Below are positions 49,910 to 59,702 of a stretch of DNA of 64,000 nucleotides, piece by piece. The notes below the pieces were generated by a model. It was not told where the DNA came from and did not search any database. It was given only the letters and a program-made list of their open reading frames with translations. Both the position numbers and the translations under genes were made by a program. This stretch comes from an uncultured virus (IMG/VR IMGVR_UViG_3300028833_000147) (lineage: Duplodnaviria; Heunggongvirae; Uroviricota; Caudoviricetes), in IMG/VR virus record IMGVR_UViG_3300028833_000147; one strand, 5' to 3'. Numbering within the stretch: position 1 is the stretch's first letter; each line of letters begins with the position of its first letter.

Positions 49910-50466
49910 TTTTCTTTAACCTCCTCATATTCCACGTCAATGATATCTTCTTCTGATACATGACGTGATGGTTTTGCTGTTGTTTCTATTTGTTTAACGC
50001 CATTATTTGTTGATACCCATTTAGGCATCAATATATCATGAATGATACGTCCTGCTTCACCGGGTGTCATCTCAACACATCCAATCGGCATCATTTCATA
50101 ATATTTATCATCGGGAGACGAAATACGATGCCATGCTGTCTCTAGTTGAATGATTTCATTGGCTTTCATGTTTACCGCATAATCACCCATTCTTTTCTTT
50201 TTGAATGATAGATTTAATGTCAATACAATATTATGTAATTCGGATATATCATAATTTGAATTCAGATATAAAGTATAATATTCACCGTCATACGTTTCAT
50301 CCAATACTTCAACCTCATTACTGTCAATCGTAATCTGCCATGAATAATAAAACAGAGATGTTTGCTGATTGAATATGTCGAGTATCATTTGATGAAGATT
50401 TACGAACTTTATCAATATTGCATTATCCGAAGGATAAACTAATTTTTCAATGTACATTTTATACAT
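49906..50466 (-). CDS. hypothetical protein
   Basis: 186 aa ORF with an AAAGGAG RBS, first gene after an early-type motif. Confidence 0.7.
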   Translation of the reverse strand: MYKMYIEKLVYPSDNAILIKFVNLHQMILDIFNQQTSLFYYSWQITIDSNEVEVLDETYDGEYYTLYLNSNYDISELHNIVLTLNLSFKKKRMGDYAVNMKANEIIQLETAWHRISSPDDKYYEMMPIGCVEMTPGEAGRIIHDILMPKWVSTNNGVKQIETTAKPSRHVSEEDIIDVEYEEVKEK

Positions 50467-50479
50467 CTCCTTTCATATT

Positions 50480-50493
50480 AATAATGTATATTT
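50480..50493 (-). promoter_or_regulatory. putative early-type promoter motif
   Basis: AAATATACATTATT on the minus strand. Confidence 0.55.
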
Positions 50494-50516
50494 GAACATA
50501 TGAAATATCACATCCA

Positions 50517-50530
50517 AAACGACACTGTAA
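50517..50530 (+). promoter_or_regulatory. putative late promoter
   Basis: AAACG-ACACTG-TAA. Confidence 0.6.
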
Positions 50531-50549
50531 CTCTTGTAAGAAAGGAGAG

Positions 50550-53500
50550 ATGATTTATATGCCAAATAATGATTCACATCAGCATGTTGTCAAAACAACT
50601 TCGCAATGGGAAGAACGTTCTGTTGAATATTGGGTTGTGCCTCGAGGATGTCTGTGTGTTGAACTTACTCCTTTTGGTAAAACCAAATTAAAGGTTGGAG
50701 AAGGAAACAAATACTTCAAACAGCTTCCATATATCTGTGATCATGAAGATTTATCAAATTACTATACAAAAGAAGAAATTGATGTATTACTGGATAATCT
50801 GAATCGAATGGCAATTGTATCTACTGATGAATATGATTCAAAGGACGATTTACCATTAGATGGAAATAAACTGGGCGATGTAAGATTTGTTAAATCTACA
50901 GAACCTGATTCAGATCCAGATATATACATTTGGAATGGCGCCAAATGGATCACAGCCAAGTCTGATACAGATCTATCGGAGTATGTAACTAAAACGGAAT
51001 TCGAACCTGTCAAAGATAAAGTCGATGAAATATATCCGAAGGCACATACTCATGACAATAAAGATATATTAGATGGTATTACTCAAGCGGATCGTGATAA
51101 ATTTGATGATCTTCATAATTATGATGATACCGAAATCCGTGAACTAATCAAAGAAACAGGACACACCCATCCAAATAAAGAAATACTCGATACAATAACT
51201 CAACAATCTATATTGAGTCCATCCGATAGAGAAAAGTTTGATTCTCTTCATAACTATGATGACACTGATGTCCAGAATAGATTAAGTGACGTTGAATCAA
51301 AAGCTCATACTCACGATAACAAATCTGTTTTGGATAACATTACGCAAGAGAAGATGGATGCCATTGATGAACTTGCGGAAACATATGTTATCGTAAAAAC
51401 AGAAATAGCTGAGTTACAAAGTAAATCCCATACTCATGATAATTATTACATTCTGGCAGACACAACTGCGTCATACACTGTTGATCAACAGAATGAACTT
51501 ATACGATTATCTCAAATAGGTACATTTATTGGAGCTGGTCCTGATTGGGATGGCGTCTCTGGTTATGTACCAGCACCAATACAAGGTGAAGAAACATACT
51601 ACCTTCGTGGAGATGGTACATGGGCCAAAGTAAAAAGTGGTGGAGATAAATACAAAGCTGGGGAAGGAATCTATATTCTTTCAGGTGAAGCAACGGCTGA
51701 TACTTTTCCATTCGATATATACTCCAGTGGCAGTCAAGTTAAACAGTATATCATATATGGTAACACAGGCGGTGTGGGAGAATTGGTTAATGGTGAATAC
51801 CATATTCCAGTTGTTGTATCCGCACCTGGTCACCCCAATAGAACATCCGTAATCATTCTCAGTGAACCGATGTACGATGGTGATTATATCGATTTTGAAA
51901 AACAAATATTTGCACATTACAGAACCGATATAACATCACAAGTTCAGCATACGGATACTGATACACAACAAACCGGAATATCATCATCAGGTAACCTATA
52001 CTGGAAAAGATCGTATCAAGGTTGGGGTGGTTCTCCACGCGTAACGGATTATTTTGAGTTAGAGTCTGATGCTAGTTATGAAATATCGAAAGTATACTCA
52101 AACAGTGACTTTTCTGATTCATTAAATATAAATTTATATGATGAAAATAAAAACCGTACTCGTACGATAGTCACATCCACAACGACATCAACTGCGTTTA
52201 CTCCTACTGAGAATGAAAAGTATATGCGTCAATCATATACTGGTGTACAAGATGGATACTGCCATGTTTTCAAACTCAAACCAACAGAGACACCATGTAT
52301 TCTTCAGGAAGTGGTGTTGTATCCCAATGCGATAAACACCATTGATATAGATACAACTGTTAAACCGGCTGAAGTATATTTCGAAGTTCTTGAACCGGAA
52401 GATCCTGATCCAGATGATCCAATGTCAAAATACACTGGTATCATCTATAACGATGGTGTATTGGATGTTACTCAAGAAGACCCAAATGCTTTAAATGAGT
52501 TGACATTCCATTATCGTGATAACGTTGATAAGACATTAACTATTCCTACATATGAATTACCAATAGCTTCAGATACAACGCTTGGCGGTATTAAGGTTGG
52601 TAATAATCTCACGATTGATCCAGCGACCGGTGTCCTCTCCGCTACAGGTGGTGGAGGCGGCGGTGAAGAATATACTGCTGGAAGAGGTATTAATATTGAC
52701 AGCACCCTTATTGCGCAACCATTCTCTTATTCAAGTTTCATCAATAGCGTAACCGGAGTAAGTCGTGGTACTATTGTCAAAAACAACGATAACAGCTTCA
52801 CGATAACTGCATCTGAAAACGATTGTTTTACTGAACCATATAATTTGGATCAGGGTGTAAGTGGAGTATATGTTTTCTCACCAGTTACTGGAAATAAAAA
52901 ATACCGTTTGACATGGACGTCTTCGGATCGTTCAATCAGTGGTCGTATATTTGTATTTGAGAATGCACGAAGCACACCTTTGCACCAAGTGGATCAATCT
53001 TTAAATGAGTATCTCGAATTTACGACAGCTGAAACAACAACATCTCTCAGTTTCAGATTTGGCGTTGAGACGGCTGGTGACACTTTAACATACTCTAACA
53101 TAGCTTTGTATCTTGTATCCGAAGACGGACATACTATCGAAGCCAAACTCGGTGATGGTCTGCATTTTGATTCTAATAATGCAATCACTGTTGATAATGT
53201 CGTTCCACAATATGTCAGAGTAAACACATCGGATTCGTATGTATTATTACATACCAAACCATCCGATTGGGATGATACATGGTATAAATATTACAGATTA
53301 TTGTATGATGAAATAACTACAGAACCCGCCAATTGGGATCCAACAAAACACTACAAATACATGAATGACAACTATGTGCTTGGTTCACCTGGTGACACAT
53401 TTGTAAGCACAATATGGTATGACAAACACTATACTGCATTGGACCCGAGTACTCCTGTGATATTTGATACTGACGTTTATTATACCGGAGAGTTAAATTT

Positions 53501-53660
53501 GATCAAAGACGGTGAAACATATGACACCGCATTCGAGAAAGTTAACGAAGCAATAGAGCATGTTGAACGGTTGGAGAAAAATGTCCAATTCTTGCATGAT
53601 AACAAAGTTGATGTTCGTGAAACATCTGACCCTGAACGTATAGAGTTTTATTATTCATAA
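50550..53660 (+). CDS. tail fibre-like protein with Mtd_N/hyaluronidase-N-like N-terminus and HTHxN repeats
   Basis: KLKVGEG..YFKQLPY; repeated HTHDNKDILD, HTHPNKEILD, HTHDNKSVLD; LPIASDTTLGGIKVG motif. Confidence 0.75.
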   Translation: MIYMPNNDSHQHVVKTTSQWEERSVEYWVVPRGCLCVELTPFGKTKLKVGEGNKYFKQLPYICDHEDLSNYYTKEEIDVLLDNLNRMAIVSTDEYDSKDDLPLDGNKLGDVRFVKSTEPDSDPDIYIWNGAKWITAKSDTDLSEYVTKTEFEPVKDKVDEIYPKAHTHDNKDILDGITQADRDKFDDLHNYDDTEIRELIKETGHTHPNKEILDTITQQSILSPSDREKFDSLHNYDDTDVQNRLSDVESKAHTHDNKSVLDNITQEKMDAIDELAETYVIVKTEIAELQSKSHTHDNYYILADTTASYTVDQQNELIRLSQIGTFIGAGPDWDGVSGYVPAPIQGEETYYLRGDGTWAKVKSGGDKYKAGEGIYILSGEATADTFPFDIYSSGSQVKQYIIYGNTGGVGELVNGEYHIPVVVSAPGHPNRTSVIILSEPMYDGDYIDFEKQIFAHYRTDITSQVQHTDTDTQQTGISSSGNLYWKRSYQGWGGSPRVTDYFELESDASYEISKVYSNSDFSDSLNINLYDENKNRTRTIVTSTTTSTAFTPTENEKYMRQSYTGVQDGYCHVFKLKPTETPCILQEVVLYPNAINTIDIDTTVKPAEVYFEVLEPEDPDPDDPMSKYTGIIYNDGVLDVTQEDPNALNELTFHYRDNVDKTLTIPTYELPIASDTTLGGIKVGNNLTIDPATGVLSATGGGGGGEEYTAGRGINIDSTLIAQPFSYSSFINSVTGVSRGTIVKNNDNSFTITASENDCFTEPYNLDQGVSGVYVFSPVTGNKKYRLTWTSSDRSISGRIFVFENARSTPLHQVDQSLNEYLEFTTAETTTSLSFRFGVETAGDTLTYSNIALYLVSEDGHTIEAKLGDGLHFDSNNAITVDNVVPQYVRVNTSDSYVLLHTKPSDWDDTWYKYYRLLYDEITTEPANWDPTKHYKYMNDNYVLGSPGDTFVSTIWYDKHYTALDPSTPVIFDTDVYYTGELNLIKDGETYDTAFEKVNEAIEHVERLEKNVQFLHDNKVDVRETSDPERIEFYYS

Positions 53661-53674
53661 ATGAAAGGTAGGTA

Positions 53675-54910
53675 ATGAATATGCCAAATCCATTAATATC
53701 GCAAGTTACGTTACCCAACGGAACGACGTATGATATAAAAGACGGTTGGTCTAGAGATCAAATAGCCGCTATATATGAACTCATTGAAGGCGGAGTAAAC
53801 TTCATTGGTGTTGTTGCCGATGCACCGGCACATCAGATCACTGATGGAGATACAACAAACCCGATTACTGTTAAAGACGGTGCGTCAACAAAGAGTGTTA
53901 CTGCAACAGCCGGTGACATTGTTATCCAGGGTACTACCGAATTTATCTTTGATGGAGCCGCATGGCGTGAGTTCGGTGATATCACAGGACTTGGTGATCT
54001 TGCATTTGCTGACACTGCTTCTGGTCCGTTTACACCCGCTGGTACTGTGTCCAAACCAACATTCACAGGTTCACAATCAACTGTTACTATCACAGCAGCA
54101 GATAACACTTCTGGAAACTATCAACCGAAGGGTACAGTTTCACAACCAACATTCTCAGGTACTAAGGTTAAAATATCTGGTACAGTTACACCAACTGGTT
54201 CTGTTTCAGGTTCATTTACGGGCACAGGTGTTAGACTCGTCACAAGCAATATCTCCGTACCAACATCTGCACAAACAACAACAGCCTCTACTGAAAACAA
54301 AACAACCACTGTATCACAAGCCGCTTCTGGTGAAGCTACTTATACTCCATCTGGTCAAATAAGTGGTACTGCTGTCGAATTGAACACAACAACTGTCAAT
54401 AGTATAACCGAAATTGGTACACCACCGTCATGGACAGCGACAGTTCCTTCTGGTACGGAGAATCTTACATTCGCATGGAGTGCAGGAACGCCCCCCAAAA
54501 AAGGTGAAGCACAAACAGTTGCCACATCTGTTAAGCGTGTAACTGACCCAACATTCGCCGGTGATGGTGCTCGTCTTGTTACAGGTGATATCGCAGTACC
54601 AAAGACATATACTACTACATTTACCAATACAAATAAGACAGCAACAGTATCTGCGGCTTCCTCTGGAGAAGCAACGTACACACCTGCTGGATCTGTCAGT
54701 GGAACGTTCACTGGCGAATCAGACACAGTTGTAATCACCGTTGCTGCTGATGCTAACGGAAACTACACCCCTGCTGGTACAGTTTCACAACCAACATTCT
54801 CTGGTACAAAAGTTCAGCTTTCTGGTACAACTACTGCATCAGGTTCTGTATCTCAGCCAACCTTTACTGGTACGGCAGGAACAGTTACTGTTACACCGGA
54901 TACTCCTTAA
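53675..54910 (+). CDS. Thr/Ser/Gly-rich fibre protein with TPxGTVSQPTFxG repeats
   Basis: N-terminal ISQVTLPNGTTYDIKD (shared with the next gene) and internal repeats. Confidence 0.7.
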   Translation: MNMPNPLISQVTLPNGTTYDIKDGWSRDQIAAIYELIEGGVNFIGVVADAPAHQITDGDTTNPITVKDGASTKSVTATAGDIVIQGTTEFIFDGAAWREFGDITGLGDLAFADTASGPFTPAGTVSKPTFTGSQSTVTITAADNTSGNYQPKGTVSQPTFSGTKVKISGTVTPTGSVSGSFTGTGVRLVTSNISVPTSAQTTTASTENKTTTVSQAASGEATYTPSGQISGTAVELNTTTVNSITEIGTPPSWTATVPSGTENLTFAWSAGTPPKKGEAQTVATSVKRVTDPTFAGDGARLVTGDIAVPKTYTTTFTNTNKTATVSAASSGEATYTPAGSVSGTFTGESDTVVITVAADANGNYTPAGTVSQPTFSGTKVQLSGTTTASGSVSQPTFTGTAGTVTVTPDTP

Positions 54911-54927
54911 CGCAATATGTATTGAAT

Positions 54928-54952
54928 TATGTGGGGCTTTACGCCCCACATA
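54928..54952 (+). terminator. terminator-like hairpin
   Basis: TATGTGGGGC-tttac-GCCCCACATA. Confidence 0.65.
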
Positions 54953-54977
54953 TTCCTTACTATTATTCGCATGAGTC

Positions 54978-54991
54978 AAACGTTCATGTAA
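54978..54991 (+). promoter_or_regulatory. putative late promoter
   Basis: AAACG-TTCATG-TAA. Confidence 0.6.
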
Positions 54992-55024
54992 GCTTTCCTA
55001 TAACATAAGAAAGGAGTTTTAACA

Positions 55025-57397
55025 ATGGCAAATTATATTTCTCAGGTAACATTACCATCCGGAGCGGAATATAATGTTAGAGAATTATTTCCCCATGTTG
55101 GTAATTGTACTGATGCTGCTGCGACCGCAGCAAAGGCAGTTACTATAGGGAATTTTAAATTATACACTGGCGCATGGGTTGTTGTCAAGTTTTCTTATAC
55201 CAATTCTGCTGCGGTTGCATCATTGACATTGAACGTTGATGGAACTGGTGCTAAACCAATTAAATATAGAAATGCGAATCTTGGTTCGGCTGGACAATTA
55301 ATAGCAAATAGATACACTTATTTCATATATGATGGAACGAACTATCAAATCGTCGGTGATTTCGATACGAACAATTATGATCGTACATCTCAACAGACGA
55401 GAATATATGCTGGTACAGTTGGTGTATTCAATTATTCACTGTGTGCACTTGACAACAATCAGAGGATGCAATCGTTTACAACAACCTCGGGAACAGGTAC
55501 ATCTAAGGCTTTCAATACATCTGCAAAATTCATGTATCCTGCCGTGATAATGTACAACTCTTCAAACTCGACATATGCAAATGGAACTGCAATAACAAAC
55601 AATGTTTTGTATGAACAGTATCCAAGTTTAGATCTACGATATAGCTGTAACAAAACGACATCCGCTGGATTTACACAGTATAAACCGGTGTATCTCGAAT
55701 GTACACTTAATTCTGATGACACATTATCAATTACCACGGATGGTTTGACACAAACATTTGTATCAGGTAAATATTATCTGTTACTTGGCTGCATGTACAA
55801 TACAAGTGTATATCAGTTGGCTCTATTTGCACAACATCCATTGTTTTATTATGACGGAACGAATCTATGTGGTGTAAAGGGTGCCAAAGGCGATAAAGGA
55901 GATAAAGGTGATAAGGGCGACAAAGGCGAACAAGGTGATCCTGGAACGAATGCTACGATAACCGGTGCAACTGCTACTATTGATGCAAACACTGGTACAC
56001 CAAGTGTCACTGTTACTGCTGGAGGAACAGCATCCGCTCGTTCATTCGCGTTTGCATTCAAAAACCTCAAAGGTGCCAAAGGAGATAAAGGAGATAAGGG
56101 TGACCAAGGTGATCCAGGTCTTTTGGATCATAAGACAGTTACCTCCTCAACACTTGATTCAACTGCCGGAGATTTCGCATTCTCTGGTTCAAATGAGCCT
56201 TGGAGCGGAACCGATTGGGTTGGTCTTCAGATAGGTGATAGTAAGGATAAATTCCAACTTACTATGAATTCCGGCAATCTATTGGTAAGGCAAAACGACT
56301 CTGGTGGAACTAGTACGGCAGACTGGACCGATTGGAAAACACTTGTACCAGTAGAGGGTTCATCTGCAAATGGAAAAATCAAAATAAACGGTATTGATAC
56401 AAATGTTTACACACATCCAACATATACATCAAAAACATCAGGGTTGTACAAAATAACAGTTGATTCAACGGGTCACGTTTCTGGAACTGAAAGTGTATCT
56501 GCAAGTGATATACCTGCTTTGAATTATGTTCCAAATACTCAAGCTGGTGTAAATGCAGCAATTAACCTTCTGGGTACAGGATCCACAACACCAACCGATG
56601 CAGATTATTATATATCTCAATATGTCGGTGGTGGTACAACTACAACAACATATCATAGAAGACCAATGTCTGCATTGTGGTCATATGTTAAAGGTAAAGC
56701 AGATTCTGTATACTCACCAATTGGGCATACCCATCCATTATCTATTGCAACTGATAGTGGAACTAATCAACTTGCTCTTTCAGCGAGTACAAAATACAAG
56801 TTGACTGCAGGTGGTAGCACATTTGTATTTACAACCCCTGCTGATAATGATACAAAGGTTACATCATCCGCAAATCATTACACACCATCTACCGAATCTG
56901 GAAGTGATAAATCCGCGAGTGCTTCCGGTGCAACTGCATCATGGGGTATAGATGTTGTCAAGGGTGTAACATTGAATACAGATGGAAAAGGACATGTTAC
57001 TGGCATGAGTGTCATAAGTGGAAAAATTCCAGCAAATCCAGTTCCATCAAATAATGTAACTGGTAGTGGTACCTCGGGTTATCTTACAAAATGGAATGGT
57101 ACGAATACGATCACGAATGGCCCTCAACTTGGTTCATCCACTACCACATATCTTAATAACGCTGGAAACTGGGCAACACCTCCAGATACAAAGAATACCG
57201 CGGGCTCAACAGATACATCTTCAAAAATATATTTGATAGGTGCAACATCACAGGCTACAAACCCGCAAACATATTCGGATAACGAAGTATATACAACCAG
57301 TGGTGTTCTTACAACAAAGAAGGTCCAAGTCGGTGGCGGGTCTTGTACAATGGAATACAATTCCACGACAGAAACATTAGATTTCGTATTCACATAA
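55025..57397 (+). CDS. tail fibre protein with short collagen-like repeats
   Basis: [22 protein letters not shown] and a second Gly-X-Y run; YTHP, VDSTGHV and HTH fibre motifs. Confidence 0.8.
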   Translation: MANYISQVTLPSGAEYNVRELFPHVGNCTDAAATAAKAVTIGNFKLYTGAWVVVKFSYTNSAAVASLTLNVDGTGAKPIKYRNANLGSAGQLIANRYTYFIYDGTNYQIVGDFDTNNYDRTSQQTRIYAGTVGVFNYSLCALDNNQRMQSFTTTSGTGTSKAFNTSAKFMYPAVIMYNSSNSTYANGTAITNNVLYEQYPSLDLRYSCNKTTSAGFTQYKPVYLECTLNSDDTLSITTDGLTQTFVSGKYYLLLGCMYNTSVYQLALFAQHPLFYYDGTNLCGVKGAKGDKGDKGDKGDKGEQGDPGTNATITGATATIDANTGTPSVTVTAGGTASARSFAFAFKNLKGAKGDKGDKGDQGDPGLLDHKTVTSSTLDSTAGDFAFSGSNEPWSGTDWVGLQIGDSKDKFQLTMNSGNLLVRQNDSGGTSTADWTDWKTLVPVEGSSANGKIKINGIDTNVYTHPTYTSKTSGLYKITVDSTGHVSGTESVSASDIPALNYVPNTQAGVNAAINLLGTGSTTPTDADYYISQYVGGGTTTTTYHRRPMSALWSYVKGKADSVYSPIGHTHPLSIATDSGTNQLALSASTKYKLTAGGSTFVFTTPADNDTKVTSSANHYTPSTESGSDKSASASGATASWGIDVVKGVTLNTDGKGHVTGMSVISGKIPANPVPSNNVTGSGTSGYLTKWNGTNTITNGPQLGSSTTTYLNNAGNWATPPDTKNTAGSTDTSSKIYLIGATSQATNPQTYSDNEVYTTSGVLTTKKVQVGGGSCTMEYNSTTETLDFVFT

Positions 57398-57414
57398 GAA
57401 ATGGAAGTGATTGA

Positions 57415-59475
57415 ATGAGTCTTCAGATATGGTTACCATTAACAGAGAATGCTTTGAATTACGGAGTTCATCCAAGCAATATCACCGTATCAAATGCAAC
57501 TTTAAATTCAAATGGTAAACTTGGAGGATGTTATTCTTTCAATGGATCATCTTCTCACATATATGGAACACAAACTGTTATCAGCAATGATACGAATAAT
57601 TGGACATTTACATGTTGGATGAAACTGAATGTGGTGAATAAAACTCAAACATTGTTTTCATGTAGAAATTCAGTAAATTCATATGGAATAACGATATTTT
57701 TCAATGGCAGTTATTGGTTAATCGATGACGGGGTTCGATGGCAACGAACAAATTCCGTCGTATCAGCAAATACATGGTATCACATATGTATTGTTCGCAA
57801 AAAAGGTATAGGTAAATATTTATATATTGATGGTACTCTTGTAAGTTCCACAACAACAGTTGGTACACAGAGTAATGTGAATACTACCAATTTTGTAATC
57901 GGGCTTTGTCACCAATCAGTTTCATCGTATAGTGACAATCCTCTCAATGGATATCTGAATGATGTTCGTTTTTATGATCATGCATTATCCGAGGTGGAAA
58001 TAAAAGAACTTGCCAAGGGATTAGTTTGTCACTATAAATTGGATGATGTTCAATCATCGGATAATCTTATTATAAATGGCTTCGGTGAACTTGGTTCTGA
58101 AAATTGGAACGATAGTTCAAAAATTTCAACTACTGAAATACCTTCGGGATATCCGGAAATAAAGGCTAGTGCTTACGGTGGTAATATGACAAAAGAATAT
58201 ATACCGATATCACAAAACCATACATATACAATCAGTGGTTATGTAAAAGCCATGGCCAATCAATCAGGAAATAAGTATCCATCTATATTTCCATACGATG
58301 TTGATAAGAAATTCATCGACTATCACAAAAGTCAAGCTGGTTTTAATACAGCAACAGCAACTACATTGAGACAACCCCTCCACAAAGGTGACAAAATTAT
58401 CTATGCAACAGATTTGAGCAGTTGGAGTACATCTTCGACCAACTATTATTTTTATGCCGCCATATTTGGTTATAAAAATTCCTATGGTGAAGTTTATCCA
58501 GATTTCTTTTATACTCAAGACGCACCACAATTTGGAACATACAGTGATAAGAGTCATATAGATAAGACTAATAACACCATAACTTTGAATTCAGCTTTTA
58601 CTGGTGAAGATAGACCTGCTGGCACAACAATATGTCAATCGACTCAAGGAGCAACATATTTCTATCCGTGGAATGCAATACCAGTTACAACAATAACTGA
58701 TTGGGTATTTAAGTCTGCTAGCTTTAAACCATCTTCATTAGCAAGATTGCGAGCTGCCAAATATGTTAGATGGAATACTTATAATGGTTTGTATATAGCT
58801 GGAAGTAAGTTAGTTGATAACTTCTTTAACGATGACAGAATTATCGATAGTAGTGGTTATGGAAATCACGGAATCAAAAATGGAAATGTAACAATGTCAT
58901 CGGATACGAGTCGTCATAGTGCGTCAACCATGTTTGACGGTTCAACTGCTTATATCGAAGCCCCCAGTTTACCATCGGAAACAAAAACAATCAGCGTATG
59001 GGTTAAAACAGCATGGGTTACTCCTCCCTCGTCAGCGTACAAACATATTATGCTCGATAAACAAAGTGGCTTATCCCTTGGATGGGGAGCAGCAAATGGT
59101 AACTTTATAACATACGTCGGTTCTACTGCTGGTGGAACTGGTTCATGTGTAGATATAAGAACAACAACATATTCTGCAAATCAATGGAATCATATTGTCG
59201 TCGTCAAAACAGGAGATACAACTCGTGACGTGTATGTGAATGGAGTCAAAGCGACACCTTCAACAAACAACTACTGGAGTGGTGATCAGAATACTTTAAA
59301 TATTGGCTGTCGCCATTCAGGTGGTGTATATAAAGACTATTTTGATGGGCGTATTGCCGATTTTCGCGCATATGTAACAGCTTTATCGGCAGATGATGTT
59401 AAACGATTATATGAAGTATCCGCCAGTGTATCCAAGAACGGTTCCATGTTAGGATATGAAATGAAGGAGGGTTAA
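57415..59475 (+). CDS. tail-associated protein with two LamG/concanavalin-A-like domains
   Basis: FNGSSS...WYHICIV...YIDG...LNDVRFYDHALS and FDGSTAYI...WNHIVVV...YVNG...IADFRAYVTALS. Confidence 0.85.
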   Translation: MSLQIWLPLTENALNYGVHPSNITVSNATLNSNGKLGGCYSFNGSSSHIYGTQTVISNDTNNWTFTCWMKLNVVNKTQTLFSCRNSVNSYGITIFFNGSYWLIDDGVRWQRTNSVVSANTWYHICIVRKKGIGKYLYIDGTLVSSTTTVGTQSNVNTTNFVIGLCHQSVSSYSDNPLNGYLNDVRFYDHALSEVEIKELAKGLVCHYKLDDVQSSDNLIINGFGELGSENWNDSSKISTTEIPSGYPEIKASAYGGNMTKEYIPISQNHTYTISGYVKAMANQSGNKYPSIFPYDVDKKFIDYHKSQAGFNTATATTLRQPLHKGDKIIYATDLSSWSTSSTNYYFYAAIFGYKNSYGEVYPDFFYTQDAPQFGTYSDKSHIDKTNNTITLNSAFTGEDRPAGTTICQSTQGATYFYPWNAIPVTTITDWVFKSASFKPSSLARLRAAKYVRWNTYNGLYIAGSKLVDNFFNDDRIIDSSGYGNHGIKNGNVTMSSDTSRHSASTMFDGSTAYIEAPSLPSETKTISVWVKTAWVTPPSSAYKHIMLDKQSGLSLGWGAANGNFITYVGSTAGGTGSCVDIRTTTYSANQWNHIVVVKTGDTTRDVYVNGVKATPSTNNYWSGDQNTLNIGCRHSGGVYKDYFDGRIADFRAYVTALSADDVKRLYEVSASVSKNGSMLGYEMKEG

Positions 59476-59476
59476 T

Positions 59477-59686
59477 ATGGCAAATATTTCTAAGCAGGGT
59501 ATTGTCACAGCTACAGGAATAACAAATCAAACTCTTGTAGACATATATGACACAGAACATGATTTATCCCCCAATCAACCTGAATCACAAAATGAAGATA
59601 CTAGGTCAAATATGTTTGAGATAAATGACATATGTAAAATACATAAAAAAGGTAACATACAATCGTATGCATTTATAGAAATATGA
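59477..59686 (+). CDS. small tail-associated protein
   Basis: 69 aa with an AAGGAGG RBS; ANISKQGIV and KIHKKGNI echo the C-terminal ASVSKNGSM of the preceding gene. Confidence 0.65.
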   Translation: MANISKQGIVTATGITNQTLVDIYDTEHDLSPNQPESQNEDTRSNMFEINDICKIHKKGNIQSYAFIEI

Positions 59687-59702
59687 GAGGAGTCTTTAAA
59701 AC

